Positions 18,821 through 28,731 are shown, counted from the stretch's first letter. The stretch is 64,000 nucleotides of DNA from an uncultured Desulfarculus sp. (GCA_963665125.2 CAXXUK010000001.1:1088001-1152000); one strand, 5' to 3'. A program made the numbers and translations. The notes: generated by a model not told the origin, from the letters alone.

Positions 18821-19597
18821 GTGAAAAAAGCATTGGCGTACTCTGGTTTGTTGATTTTGGCAATTGCAGTGTCTTTTTCCGTCAGTGCCGACGAAACCAT
18901 GACCAATGGTTTTACCAATTCCATAGGCCAGGAGTTTGTCTTGATACCAGCCGGGAGTTTTATGATGGGAAGCCCTGAAAACAAGCAGGGCAGGGCCGCC
19001 GGCGATGCGCAACACCAGGTAACAATATCCAAACCCTTTTATATGCAAAAAACCGAGGTCACCCAAGGACAATGGGAAAAAGTGATGGGAAACAACCCGT
19101 CGGAAAATGAGGACTGCGGCCCAAACTGCCCTGTGCGGATGGTGTCCTGGAACGATGCACAGGAGTTTATCCGCCGTCTGAATAAACTCGAAGGCACGGA
19201 AAAATACCGCTTGCCCACGGAAGCCCAGTGGGAATACAGCGCCCGGGCGGGGACCTCCACGGCTTATTACTGGGGAGACCGTATGGACGGCTCTTATGCC
19301 TGGTGTGCGGCAAACGCTGACAAATCCCATTCGGTGGGCCAAAAAAATCCCAACGCTTGGGGCTTGTATGATATGACCGGTAACGTATTGGAATGGTGTG
19401 AGGATTGGTGGGAAGATTATCCAACCGGTCCCATTACCGACCCCCGAGGTCCGGACTCGGGCAAGGCCCGCGTGTTTCGCGGTGGTAGTTTCAACGACGC
19501 CGCCGATGCCTGCCGTATCTATCTGCGCTATGGCGGCACGCCGAACTTTCGGTACAGCTGTCTGGGTTTTCGTCTTGCCGCGACCGGTTCAAGGTAA
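18821..19597 (+). CDS. Secreted FGE-sulfatase (SUMF1 / C-type lectin fold) domain protein
   Basis: IPAGSFMMGS, RLPTEAQWEYSARAG, PNAWGLYDMTGNVLEWC, RGGSF, GFRL. Confidence 0.9.
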   Translation: MKKALAYSGLLILAIAVSFSVSADETMTNGFTNSIGQEFVLIPAGSFMMGSPENKQGRAAGDAQHQVTISKPFYMQKTEVTQGQWEKVMGNNPSENEDCGPNCPVRMVSWNDAQEFIRRLNKLEGTEKYRLPTEAQWEYSARAGTSTAYYWGDRMDGSYAWCAANADKSHSVGQKNPNAWGLYDMTGNVLEWCEDWWEDYPTGPITDPRGPDSGKARVFRGGSFNDAADACRIYLRYGGTPNFRYSCLGFRLAATGSR

Positions 19598-19715
19598 TTA
19601 AACATGCTTTGGGGTCGTCAAAGACCAAGACCACCGAAGCCTGCCTGCAATAAATAAGCGGGTGTTCATGCCCGTTGATGTGAATATTGATTTTGTTCAG
19701 CCCTGGAGGAACTTC

Positions 19716-20393
19716 ATGAGACAAAGCACCCGACGCGCCGTATTCATCATGTTTGCAGCCCTATTAGCCTTGTCGATCCACGCGGCGGACGCGGCGGCGG
19801 AAACGAAAGTTGAGGCGCATGTTCTAAAAGTAGAAGGTCTGGTGATCGGAAAAACGTTAAAAGTTGATCAAACATATGCCCAACAATATAAAAGGCCGGT
19901 CAAGGCCCCGTTTGAACTGATCATCCCCAATATCGACGGCGTCCAGGTGTTTGCCGCATTTCCGCCAAAAGTCGGCGGCGAATACTTCAAGATAAGTTTC
20001 GCTACAAAAAACAAAGAGTTAATTGAGAATATTCGTATCATCGGCATGACAATTCCCCTGGGATCCCTGGAACAGCGGGTGGCCACCTTAAAGCAACTTT
20101 TCGTCAATCAGGCCTTGCCCATGGCTTTAAAGGATCATGTCAACCCCAAGATATTGGCGGGTCGCATGGCCAAGATCCACGGCCTGGACGCAATTGAAGC
20201 AATCGCCCAGTATGATGACCTCAGAGAGGGACGTATATATGTATGGCTGGTAGGGATTTTGAACCCTGACAGCCCCAACTGCGTTTTGGCCATGAGCCAG
20301 ATTACCTCCAGAGCGGAAGCCAAAACGTCCGAGGATATTGGTAAAAAAGGCATCACTGTCAAATCGTTAAGCACCTTCAAATTCATCAAGTAA
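19716..20393 (+). CDS. Secreted hypothetical protein
   Basis: GGAGG RBS, signal peptide ending ADAAA; no family recognised. Confidence 0.7.
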   Translation: MRQSTRRAVFIMFAALLALSIHAADAAAETKVEAHVLKVEGLVIGKTLKVDQTYAQQYKRPVKAPFELIIPNIDGVQVFAAFPPKVGGEYFKISFATKNKELIENIRIIGMTIPLGSLEQRVATLKQLFVNQALPMALKDHVNPKILAGRMAKIHGLDAIEAIAQYDDLREGRIYVWLVGILNPDSPNCVLAMSQITSRAEAKTSEDIGKKGITVKSLSTFKFIK

Positions 20394-20411
20394 CGTTGAG
20401 GGGGTAAGCCT

Positions 20412-21713
20412 GTGCGGTTGCTGCTAAACAAGGAACTCTTGCGCCGTTTGGCCATTGCGCTGGGTCTGTTTTGCTCCATTCTCATGTACATGACCACCAT
20501 CGGTGAATGCTACATGGTGCTCAAGCCCGACTTCACCCTGATGAAGCAGGCCTATCTTGAAAAGAAGGCTGAGCGGGTGAGGGCCTACGAAAAAAAATAC
20601 CTCTCGGAGCAAGAGAGGTGCGGCGACCGTAGCATGTTCGTCAAGTATTTAAATGGAATGCGGACCAAGCTCGAATCAATGAAAAACGCCCTGGAGGCCG
20701 AGCGCAACGAGCCCCTAGCCAAATACATAGCAGCGGTGGTTAGCAACAGCAAGTCCACGGAGATATCCGGCCCGGGATGGCAATCCGTGATGCGGATGGT
20801 CGATGAGTATTACCAGGGCCGGACGCCGGAACAATGGCAAGACAACACCGCGGAAACGATAAACGGCTACCCAAGTCTTATCTTCCCCGACGACAAAGAA
20901 CCTTTTGCCAGTGTGCACACCGGGGTGCGCATCTATTACCTGCTCTACAACGAAGGCGGTTCCACGCAATATTTAAAGGTGTACTCCTTGAACCGCTTTA
21001 TTGCGGACAAATACCTTCCCGAAAGCGTTCTGCATCCCTGGCGGGCCTATTTCTGGCTACCCTTTGCCTTGGGCCTGGCCATATATCTGCTGATTCCCAA
21101 AGTCAAGAGGCCCGAGGACGCCATTGGTTACGCCAGGTTGTGGGGGCTGATGATTACGGACTTTTTCGTCCTACTGTTTTCCGGGTTGTTTTTTCTGGTT
21201 GGCTGTGGGCTGCTGTCTCTGCATGAGGCCAACATCCTTACAATCAGCAGCATGGATTCCGGCTTCCAGATTAGCGTTGTAGTCTTATGGATCATAGCTG
21301 TTTTAATCCTCGGGGCAATGTGGCCATGCGTCAGCCGCCGCAATTTCTGGATTAAGTTGCTGCCCGATGGCCTGGAAAAACACACGGTTAATGGCGCCAC
21401 TTATTACGCATACGCCGACATGAAACAGGCCGGCTTGAAGATCAAGGACTACGGCTGGATGGTGCAGCTTGTCCTGGCTCTGAGTTCATTCGGCAATGCC
21501 GGCACATATGCCATGGGCCTGAGTCTGGGCGCTAAAGACAATAGGGTGGCGTTTGTTGAGGTTGAGATGCAGGATGGCAAACCCTGGCAATTCAAACCGG
21601 CTGAATTTGAAGGCGGTGTTGAAGTGATCCGGACATTGCGCGACCATGGCGTGAACATGGACAGTGAGTTGAACAAGGTGTTGAAAGAGTTGGACGAGGA
21701 AGAGGTCGCCTAG
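20412..21713 (+). CDS. Multi-pass membrane hypothetical protein
   Basis: 433-aa ORF with N-terminal TM, extracytoplasmic domain and further TMs; 18 bp after the previous gene. Confidence 0.7.
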   Translation: MRLLLNKELLRRLAIALGLFCSILMYMTTIGECYMVLKPDFTLMKQAYLEKKAERVRAYEKKYLSEQERCGDRSMFVKYLNGMRTKLESMKNALEAERNEPLAKYIAAVVSNSKSTEISGPGWQSVMRMVDEYYQGRTPEQWQDNTAETINGYPSLIFPDDKEPFASVHTGVRIYYLLYNEGGSTQYLKVYSLNRFIADKYLPESVLHPWRAYFWLPFALGLAIYLLIPKVKRPEDAIGYARLWGLMITDFFVLLFSGLFFLVGCGLLSLHEANILTISSMDSGFQISVVVLWIIAVLILGAMWPCVSRRNFWIKLLPDGLEKHTVNGATYYAYADMKQAGLKIKDYGWMVQLVLALSSFGNAGTYAMGLSLGAKDNRVAFVEVEMQDGKPWQFKPAEFEGGVEVIRTLRDHGVNMDSELNKVLKELDEEEVA

Positions 21714-21766
21714 CCATTTTACGTTAGTGAACCAGCTGGCATGGCCTTGATCGGGGTCTATAGGAT

Positions 21767-21997
21767 TTGTTAACGTACCAAACCGATTCCTGCACTAATT
21801 CGATTGGCATAACCGTCAAGCTGGTAAATGTCACCAGGTATAATCCGTATTATCACTGCCCCGACTGCCCAAAAGCTAACCGTTGCAAGTTTGAACCAGC
21901 TTCAGCCATAAAGGAATCGCGCGTGATAGTGGACATCCAAAAAACCGGTATATACATCAAAAGAAAGGACGGCACCGTGCTCAATCATTGTCAGTGA
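21767..21997 (+). CDS. Possible small Cys-rich protein or gene fragment
   Basis: 76-aa TTG-start ORF with CPDCPKANRC. Confidence 0.25.
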   Translation: MLTYQTDSCTNSIGITVKLVNVTRYNPYYHCPDCPKANRCKFEPASAIKESRVIVDIQKTGIYIKRKDGTVLNHCQ

Positions 21998-22156
21998 GCA
22001 TACAACGCCGTTTCAATGGGGCCCTGGAATGGGCAAGGCCGACAGCAACACCTGACACTGTACAGGACAGGACTAATCCTCACAAAAAGCCAATGAAGTT
22101 CCCCTGAAATTGTGGACACCTCGAAAAGCATGATATGAATTGCTTGGAGGTGTTGA

Positions 22157-22453
22157 ATGGGCAACAGACGCAGGAGTTATAGCCGGGAGTTCAAGATCGA
22201 AGCCGTGGCCTTGGTCACCGAGGGAGGTTTGAGCATTTCCCAGGCGGCCAGGGACCTTGGCATCAGCCAGACCGTGCTGGGCCGCTGGAAGAAGCAGCTC
22301 GAAACAGACCCTGAGCAGGCCTTCCCAGGCAAGGGCAATTTAAAGCCGCAAGATGAGGAGCTAGCCCATCTGAGACGCGAACTGGCCATTGTACGCCAGG
22401 AGCGTGACATATTAAAAAAAGCCATCGGCATCTTCTCGCGGATGCCAAAATGA
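22157..22453 (+). CDS. IS3 transposase OrfA
   Basis: RRSYSREFKIEAV HTH, leucine zipper, ERDILKKA; A7G slippery site at 22414-22421. Confidence 0.93.
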   Translation: MGNRRRSYSREFKIEAVALVTEGGLSISQAARDLGISQTVLGRWKKQLETDPEQAFPGKGNLKPQDEELAHLRRELAIVRQERDILKKAIGIFSRMPK

Positions 22454-23313
22454 AGTTTCAGTTCATCAGGGATCAGAGTGAAGGATTCCAGATCAGGCGT
22501 ATGTGCCGGATTTTGGAGGTGTCAGCCAGCGGGTACTACGCTTGGCTGAACCGGCCGGAAAGCAGCCGGGCGCGAGAGAACCGGAGGCTCGTTGTCGAGA
22601 TCAAGGCCATTCATAAAGAAAATCGTGGCGTGTACGGAAGCCCCCGGATACAGGCGGAACTCAAGGATCGTGAAATCCATGTGAGCGAGAACCGGGTGGC
22701 TCGATTAATGCGCGATAACGGCATCGCTGCCAAGCAGAAGAAAAAGTACAAGGCCACCACGGATTCCAATCACGGCCACCTGGCGGCCCCCAATATCCTG
22801 GGGCGGGACTTTGAAGCGGACGGCCCTGATCAAAAATGGCTGGCTGATATAACCTACATTCCTACTCGTGAAGGCTGGCTGTACCTGGCGGCCGTCCTGG
22901 ATCTTTATTCCAAGCTGATCGTGGGCTGGTCCATGTCAAGCCGCATGACCAAAAAGCTGGTGCTCGATGCGCTGAACATGGCGGTGGACCGGCGGAAACC
23001 TGGGCCTGGGCTGATCCATCATTCAGATCAAGGACGTCAATATGCCAGCAAGGCCTACCGCAAAAAGCTGAAGTCGCACCGCATGATATGCAGCATGAGC
23101 CGCAAGGGCGACTGCTGGGATAACGCGCCCATGGAAAGCTGGTTTCATTCCCTGAAAACCGAACTGGTGGCGCATAAAGATTATCTGAGCAGGACGCAGG
23201 CCAAGGCTGACATCTTTGAGTACATCGAAGTCTTCTACAACCGCAGCCGCAAACACTCAGCTCTGGGGTACATGAACCCGGCTCAATATGAGATGATCAA
23301 TATGGCTGCTTAA
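22450..23313 (+). CDS. IS3 transposase OrfB (DDE)
   Basis: WLADITY, HHSDQG, DNAPMES, YN..R.HSALG; ATGA overlap with orfA. Confidence 0.95.
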   Translation: MKFQFIRDQSEGFQIRRMCRILEVSASGYYAWLNRPESSRARENRRLVVEIKAIHKENRGVYGSPRIQAELKDREIHVSENRVARLMRDNGIAAKQKKKYKATTDSNHGHLAAPNILGRDFEADGPDQKWLADITYIPTREGWLYLAAVLDLYSKLIVGWSMSSRMTKKLVLDALNMAVDRRKPGPGLIHHSDQGRQYASKAYRKKLKSHRMICSMSRKGDCWDNAPMESWFHSLKTELVAHKDYLSRTQAKADIFEYIEVFYNRSRKHSALGYMNPAQYEMINMAA

Positions 23314-23343
23314 CTACGTGTCCACAAAAATTGGGGAAGATCA

Positions 23344-24236
23344 ACATAGCGTCCTTGGCCGGTTAGTGGCCTAAGCTCATCCAGTATTTCAAGAGCTTGT
23401 GTGGAAAGAGGCACTATGTGTTGTTCTCGCATCTTCATTTTTTCAGCCGGTATCCGCCACTGTGATTCTTCAAGGTCTATTTCGGACCATTCAGCATGCC
23501 GCAGCTCTCCAGGCCGAACAAAGGTCAAGTAGGCGAAGCGTAAGGCGCAACGGACAATCAGGGAACCTCTGTAATCGTCTATTGCCCGCAGCAAGCCGGT
23601 GACTTCCTTGGGATTGGTAATGCTGGGGTGATGTTTAACAGGGGAGGGTGACAAGGCCCCCTTGAGGTCAGATGATGGGTCACGTTCCGCCCTACCGGTT
23701 GCCACTGCATAGCGAAATACTTGGCCGCAGTTCTGCAAAAGACGGTGTGCCGTCTCTATGGCTCCTCTGGACTCTACACGCCTTACCACTTCCAGTAATT
23801 CAGGCGGACTGATATTGGCAATAGGCGAACGGCCTATCCAAGGGAAGGCGTCGTTTTCAAGCCTCCTCATAATTCGCAAGGCGTGACCATTAGACCAGCT
23901 AACTCGGAATTTGGCATGCCATTCACGGGCCACCATTTCAAACGTGGCCGCTTCCATGGCTTCCTGAAGTTTTTCTGCCTTGCGTACTTGACTGGGGTCC
24001 ATACCTTCAGCCAACAAGCGCCGGGCCTCGTCACGGCGTTCTCGGGCCATCTTGAGGGAAACGTCAGGATAGACGCCAAGGGAGATCATTTTTTGTTTTT
24101 GCTGGAACGAATAACGGAAACGCCACCATTTCCCGCCATTTTTATTCATTTCCAGGCAAAGTCCACGTTCATCGTTGTAGCGCTTGGTTTTGGGGGCAGG
24201 TTTGAGGTTTTTTGCAAACAGGTCGGTTAGAGGCAT
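23344..24236 (-). pseudogene. P4-type tyrosine integrase truncated at its 3' end by IS3
   Basis: Arm-binding N-terminus (GKWWRFRY, SLGVYPDVSLKMARE), VRPGELR, KMKMREQHIVPLS; the ORF runs into the IS3 IR and lacks HxxR and the catalytic Tyr. Confidence 0.9.
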
Positions 24237-24361
24237 GAGTAACACCCTGTCTTGAGTAAGCCAGCATTGGCGGGAGCTTGGGGGAGTTACTCTAGTTTGA
24301 ATCCCGCCGATCAAGAGTTACTCGACATGTTACTCATGAAAAACTCAGATGTCAACGCACC

Positions 24362-24407
24362 AAAACAGACAAAGCCGGACCATCTCTGGTCGGCTTCTAT
24401 CTGTTTT
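24362..24407 (-). terminator. Hairpin downstream of ssrA (terminator or att-associated)
   Basis: AAAACAGA.AAAGCCG / CGGCTT.TATCTGTTTT imperfect inverted repeat. Confidence 0.55.
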
Positions 24408-24450
24408 AACAGGCTTTTTGGACTTTGTTGGACTTGCTTGGATTTCCTGT

Positions 24451-24803
24451 TGGTGGAGGCGGGGGGAATCGAACCCCCGTCCGAAAGCTTTCAGCCCAGG
24501 CTTCTACATGCTTAGCCTATGATTTAATTTCACCTTGGCCACCCCCACAGGCAGGGTTGACCGCAGCTAGCCTCACATTTGATTTCGGCGCCAGGCCTAT
24601 GTGGCCGAACCGGGAACCTATCCCGCTAGTCGACGCCCGACTCCGGCCCCGCGGGAGAGGACCGGGCGGACGGTAGCATTAAGCTGCTACGGCGTAATTG
24701 TAATCGTCTGCGATTACTTTATATTCCGCCGGAATAACGGGCCAGCGGAGCCCGGCATGCTACTCTGGGCTTCAACAACCCCCGTCGAAACCATGTCGCC
24801 CCC
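24451..24803 (-). ncRNA. ssrA: tmRNA, tag peptide (A)ADDYNYAVAA
   Basis: 5' GGGGGCGACATGGTTTCGAC, 3' GGGGGTTCGATTCCCCCCGCCTCCACCA; tag reading frame at 24711-24679. Confidence 0.96.
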
Positions 24804-24975
24804 ATGCATATCACACGCCTCTATAGCTAAAATATATAGCGGGCTGGGCCCTCCCGCAACCGGAAAGGCAATTATAATAAATATTAAGGGGTTGACATCC
24901 GGTTCTTTTTTTTGCATATTCGCTTCTGGCGTATTCATTTTCAAAGGGCATTTACCACAGACAAGGAGAGTGGGG

Positions 24976-25269
24976 GTGGCACTGACCAAGGAGCATATCA
25001 TTAATGAGGTCTTTGAGCGCACGCAGCTCCCAAAGAGCAAATCGCGCGATGTTGTTGAAACCGCGCTGGAGCTGATTAAAGACACTCTTGGTGAGTCTCA
25101 GGATCTCTTGATTAGCGGTTTTGGCAAGTTTATGGTCAAAGACAAAAGAGCTCGCCGGGGGCGCAATCCCCAGACCAAGGAAGACATGAGGCTGCGGGCT
25201 CGCAAGGTCGTTGTTTTCAAGACCTCCGGTGTTCTGCGCAAAAACCTCAATGATGGTCTTGACGTCTAA
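24976..25269 (+). CDS. ihfA: Integration host factor alpha
   Basis: ALTK..., ISGFGKF, RRGRNPQT, RKVVVFKTS; AAGGAG RBS before GTG. Confidence 0.88.
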   Translation: MALTKEHIINEVFERTQLPKSKSRDVVETALELIKDTLGESQDLLISGFGKFMVKDKRARRGRNPQTKEDMRLRARKVVVFKTSGVLRKNLNDGLDV

Positions 25270-25290
25270 CTTGTTGCAAAGATTAGTTTA

Positions 25291-25845
25291 GTGGGAAAAG
25301 CCCTGCTGCTCATTGACATCCAGAACGACTACTTTCCAGGGGGCAAGATGCCTCTGGAGGGAGCAGCACGGGCAGGAACATCCGCAGGTCTTTTGTTGGC
25401 GGCGTGCAGAGAACGGCGCATTCCGGTGTGCCATGTTCAGCACATCTCCATAAGGTCCGGCGCGGGTTTCTTTTTGCCCGATACGGATGGCGCATTGATC
25501 CATCAAAGCGTTCAACCGTTGCCGGAAGAACGCATATTCCAAAAAAATTACCCCAACAGCTTCAGGGAAACCGGCATTGATGAGCACCTTAAGTCACTTG
25601 CGGTGGGTAAGCTGATTATCGCCGGCATGATGACCCACATGTGCATCGATGCAACCGTGCGTGCGGCTTTTGATCTGGGTTACCAATGCACCTTGGTTCA
25701 AGACGCCTGCGCCACCAAAGATTTGCAGTTGGAGGGCAGGGAGGTCGCCGCCGAAGCAGTGCATACGGCTTTCATCGCCGCTTTGGGATCGGTTTATTGC
25801 AAAGTGGCTGGTTGCGACGAAATCATCGCGGAACTCTCAACCTAA
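25291..25845 (+). CDS. Isochorismatase-family cysteine hydrolase
   Basis: ALLLIDIQNDYF, KNYPNSF, GMMTHMC. Confidence 0.9.
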   Translation: MGKALLLIDIQNDYFPGGKMPLEGAARAGTSAGLLLAACRERRIPVCHVQHISIRSGAGFFLPDTDGALIHQSVQPLPEERIFQKNYPNSFRETGIDEHLKSLAVGKLIIAGMMTHMCIDATVRAAFDLGYQCTLVQDACATKDLQLEGREVAAEAVHTAFIAALGSVYCKVAGCDEIIAELST

Positions 25846-26630
25846 TAATAGGCCACCACAAAGGCGTTGTTGAAACCGCCGGAGCGGAGGTCTGTTTCAA
25901 GCTTTTGGGCTGATGCCAGTTCCTGTTCCTTGCCCACGCGCACGCGGTAGAATACCTGATCACCGCGGTCGAATTTTACAACCTGAACCTGGGGGTTGTG
26001 TACGCGAAGCTTGGCGGCCAGACGCCAGGCGTTGCTTTCCTGGGTGAACGCGCCGACCTGCACGGTGAAAGGACCGAATTGCGGGGCAACGGATTTGGCA
26101 AGCGCGGTTGATGATTGCCCGGGGGCTGGCTTGGATCCGCCTTCGGCATAGCCCACGGCCTTGATATGCACAGAGGCCGTTCCCGGTCCGATTAGGCCTA
26201 TTTCGCGGGCAGCCGCCTTGGAGAGGTCAATGACCCTGCCTTGGACAAATGGCCCCCGGTCGTTGATGCGAACGACGGTTTTTTTACCATTGTCCCGGTT
26301 GTAAACCTCGACATATGTGCCAAAGGGCAGGAGCTTATGCGCGGCGGTCATGGATTCCATGTCATAGGTTTCGCCGTTCGATGTTTTTCTGCCGTGAAAT
26401 TTGCTGCCATACCAGGAGGCTATGCCGTCTTGGGTGAATCCTTTGGCGCTGGGCAGGGGATGATATGTTTTACCCCATACGGTGTATGGCTTGGACGGGC
26501 CGACGCGTCCTTTTGTCGTGGTGCCCAAAGTGCCCTTGCTGCATGAGGACAACAGGCAACAAATTGATAAAATTAAAAATACGATAGAAAATTTGTTAGG
26601 GCTAAAGGTGCGTTTCGGGGCGATTACCAT
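25842..26630 (-). CDS. rlpA: Septal ring lytic transglycosylase lipoprotein (DPBB and SPOR domains)
   Basis: Lipobox LSSC, GIASWYG, TAAHKLLPFGT, VRINDRGPF, SPOR VQVGAF. Confidence 0.92.
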   Translation of the reverse strand: MVIAPKRTFSPNKFSIVFLILSICCLLSSCSKGTLGTTTKGRVGPSKPYTVWGKTYHPLPSAKGFTQDGIASWYGSKFHGRKTSNGETYDMESMTAAHKLLPFGTYVEVYNRDNGKKTVVRINDRGPFVQGRVIDLSKAAAREIGLIGPGTASVHIKAVGYAEGGSKPAPGQSSTALAKSVAPQFGPFTVQVGAFTQESNAWRLAAKLRVHNPQVQVVKFDRGDQVFYRVRVGKEQELASAQKLETDLRSGGFNNAFVVAYY

Positions 26631-26745
26631 TAATAATATTTACTCCGGCTAGTTGAACCTTTGCTGATTGACACCTGATAACGTTGCCAATAACATAACT
26701 GATTGTCATTGCAAATTGAACCATACTTTGTACTCGGTGGCAATA

Positions 26746-27834
26746 ATGGACCAAATCCAGCAATTGTATGATGTGGTCAATGTTTGGCTTCACCAACATC
26801 CGTTTGTTGCCGGTTTTGTCTTGGCAATGATTGGCTTGGCTGCCGCTTTCATTGTGGACAAACTGTTTTCCAACGTCCTGAAGGCATTTACAAAAAAAAC
26901 AACAAACACCTTGGACGACAAGATCGTCGCGGAGCTTCACCGGCCGATCCAGGCCACGGTCTTGCTGTTTTCAATATTGTTGATCGTAAATGAGTTTTTC
27001 GACAAAGAAGAATGGTCGCCGCTGGTCTCCAAGTTCACCGACACTGCCTTCATTTTGGTCTACTCGTGGGTCTTGTGGCGAATAAGCCATACTATATTCA
27101 ACCACTTACAGCTAAAATCCAAAAGACGCAAGTTTACTCAGATCCTTCCTTTGATAAAAAACCTCACCATCGCGGTCGTTGTAATCCACTGCGCATATTT
27201 GCTGTTGTCCCTTTGGGGAGTAAACGTCACGCCGCTTCTGGCATCGGCCGGTATTGTCACGGCCGCTGTTGCCTTGGCCTCCAAGGACACGCTCTCAAAC
27301 TTTTTTGGCGGCATTAGCGTATTTGTCGACCGTCCGTATGTCGTTGGCGACTATATCGTCCTTGAATCGGGTGAACGCGGCGAAGTCGTGAATATCGGTA
27401 TGCGCAGCACGAGAATCCTGACCAGGGACGACGTGCTGATTTCCATACCAAACTCGATGATGTCAAACCGCATGATCACCAACCAGAGCGGCCAGGTGGA
27501 TCGTTACCGGCTCAGAATACGAATTGGCGTCAGCTATGACAACGAGCCCGATGAAATCGAAACCGCATTGATCGAGTCCCTAAGCGGAGTCGAGTCTGTT
27601 TTATGGCAACCGGTGCCAAGGGTGCGGTTCCGGGAATTCGGTGATTCGGCTTTGATCTTCGATCTATTGGCCTGGATCGCCATGCCCGCCGACAAAGGAC
27701 GGGTCACCCATGAGATCAACCGCAACATCTATTACAAGTTCAAGGACGAGGGCATCGGCATTCCATACCCGCAAAGGGTTGTTTATATACATCCGGCCAA
27801 AGACGCCACCTTGGAGGCCGATATCGACAAATAG
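26746..27834 (+). CDS. mscS: MscS-family mechanosensitive channel
   Basis: LLASAGI...ALASKDTLSNFFGG, IGMRSTRI, GIGIPYPQR. Confidence 0.88.
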   Translation: MDQIQQLYDVVNVWLHQHPFVAGFVLAMIGLAAAFIVDKLFSNVLKAFTKKTTNTLDDKIVAELHRPIQATVLLFSILLIVNEFFDKEEWSPLVSKFTDTAFILVYSWVLWRISHTIFNHLQLKSKRRKFTQILPLIKNLTIAVVVIHCAYLLLSLWGVNVTPLLASAGIVTAAVALASKDTLSNFFGGISVFVDRPYVVGDYIVLESGERGEVVNIGMRSTRILTRDDVLISIPNSMMSNRMITNQSGQVDRYRLRIRIGVSYDNEPDEIETALIESLSGVESVLWQPVPRVRFREFGDSALIFDLLAWIAMPADKGRVTHEINRNIYYKFKDEGIGIPYPQRVVYIHPAKDATLEADIDK

Positions 27835-27852
27835 GCCCGTGCGACATATATT

Positions 27853-27880
27853 GAGTCGCATAAGATATATTATGTAAACC
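27853..27880 (+). other. dif: Chromosomal dif site (XerC/XerD recombination site)
   Basis: GAGTCGCATAA-GATATA-TTATGTAAACC with 11-6-11 architecture; intergenic; KOPS-like polarity switch around it. Confidence 0.85.
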
Positions 27881-28008
27881 CATATATGGTAAAAACATCA
27901 CGCCCCATAGCAGACCCCAATCGCCGTAATGCCACTTGACTTTTAGGGGCTTAATTGGTACCTACACTACTTCAATATCTGATTGCTATTTTTGGTTGAT
28001 AAAGCAAA

Positions 28009-28581
28009 ATGAACACGCCAGCGCAAAACGCCCCCAAGGTTGTCTACAACTCCCAGCATATCGCCAAGGGCTTGACAAATATCGCTTCCGGTATTTTGGA
28101 AAATCACCCTTCCTGGGATGATCTGGCCTTTATTGGCATCCATACCGGCGGCGATCTGTTGCTGCGCAAAATAATTGCCGAACTGGTCCGTCTGTCCGGC
28201 CGTGATAAACGCGTCGATATTGGCCTGTTGGATATCAGCTTTTACCGCGACGACTGGAGCCGTTTGCAGCAAGTCCCCAGCGTTCAGGATACGGTTGTGC
28301 CCTTTGTGGTGGACGACCGCCCCATCATTCTGGTTGATGACGTGGTTTTCACGGGCCGTACGGTGCGTTCGGCCATGGAAGGCATTTTTTCCCTTGGGCG
28401 TCCCAAATCCATTGAACTTGCAGTGTTGGTGGACCGCGGACACCGTGAAATGCCCATTCAACCAGATTACGTTGGCCTGAGTCTGCCGACCACTTTGGAT
28501 CAATCGGTGAACGTTTATATCCATGAGCAGGCCGATCTCGACCACGCCATTCTGGAAGATCATAAGTACCGGATAGCATAA
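28009..28581 (+). CDS. pyrR: Bifunctional pyr regulator / uracil phosphoribosyltransferase
   Basis: LDISFYRDD, ILVDDVVFTGRTVRSA, LVDRGHREMPIQPDYVG. Confidence 0.92.
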   Translation: MNTPAQNAPKVVYNSQHIAKGLTNIASGILENHPSWDDLAFIGIHTGGDLLLRKIIAELVRLSGRDKRVDIGLLDISFYRDDWSRLQQVPSVQDTVVPFVVDDRPIILVDDVVFTGRTVRSAMEGIFSLGRPKSIELAVLVDRGHREMPIQPDYVGLSLPTTLDQSVNVYIHEQADLDHAILEDHKYRIA

Positions 28582-28731
28582 AACAAGTTCAAAATTTGAC
28601 ACCAGATCACACTCTAGGTGGGCATTAATTGCCTACCTGGGGACCTTCTGGAACTTGTTACCCGCCGTTATGATCAATCAATATATGGATAACTAAATGA
28701 ATAATAACGCTAAATAGATTTTATATTAAAA

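Larger units (their letters stand above)
22094..23343 (+). mobile_element. IS3-family insertion sequence (about 1250 bp)
   Basis: Imperfect 26-bp IRs TGAAGTTCCCCTGAAATTGTGGACAC / GTGTCCACAAAAATTGGGGAAGATCA; TG...CA ends; orfA and orfB; no target duplication visible. Confidence 0.93.

Noticed and set aside
18821..19597. FGE-sulfatase/CLec protein as a diversity-generating retroelement target
   Set aside because: No reverse transcriptase or template repeat seen in the window.
24601..24975. N-terminal extension of the IHF ORF and small ORFs over 24252-25085
   Set aside because: They overlap the tmRNA and its promoter region; IHF homology begins at GTG 24976 with an RBS.
27881..28008. PyrR-binding attenuator upstream of pyrR
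   Set aside because: No recognisable binding-loop motif or terminator/antiterminator pair.
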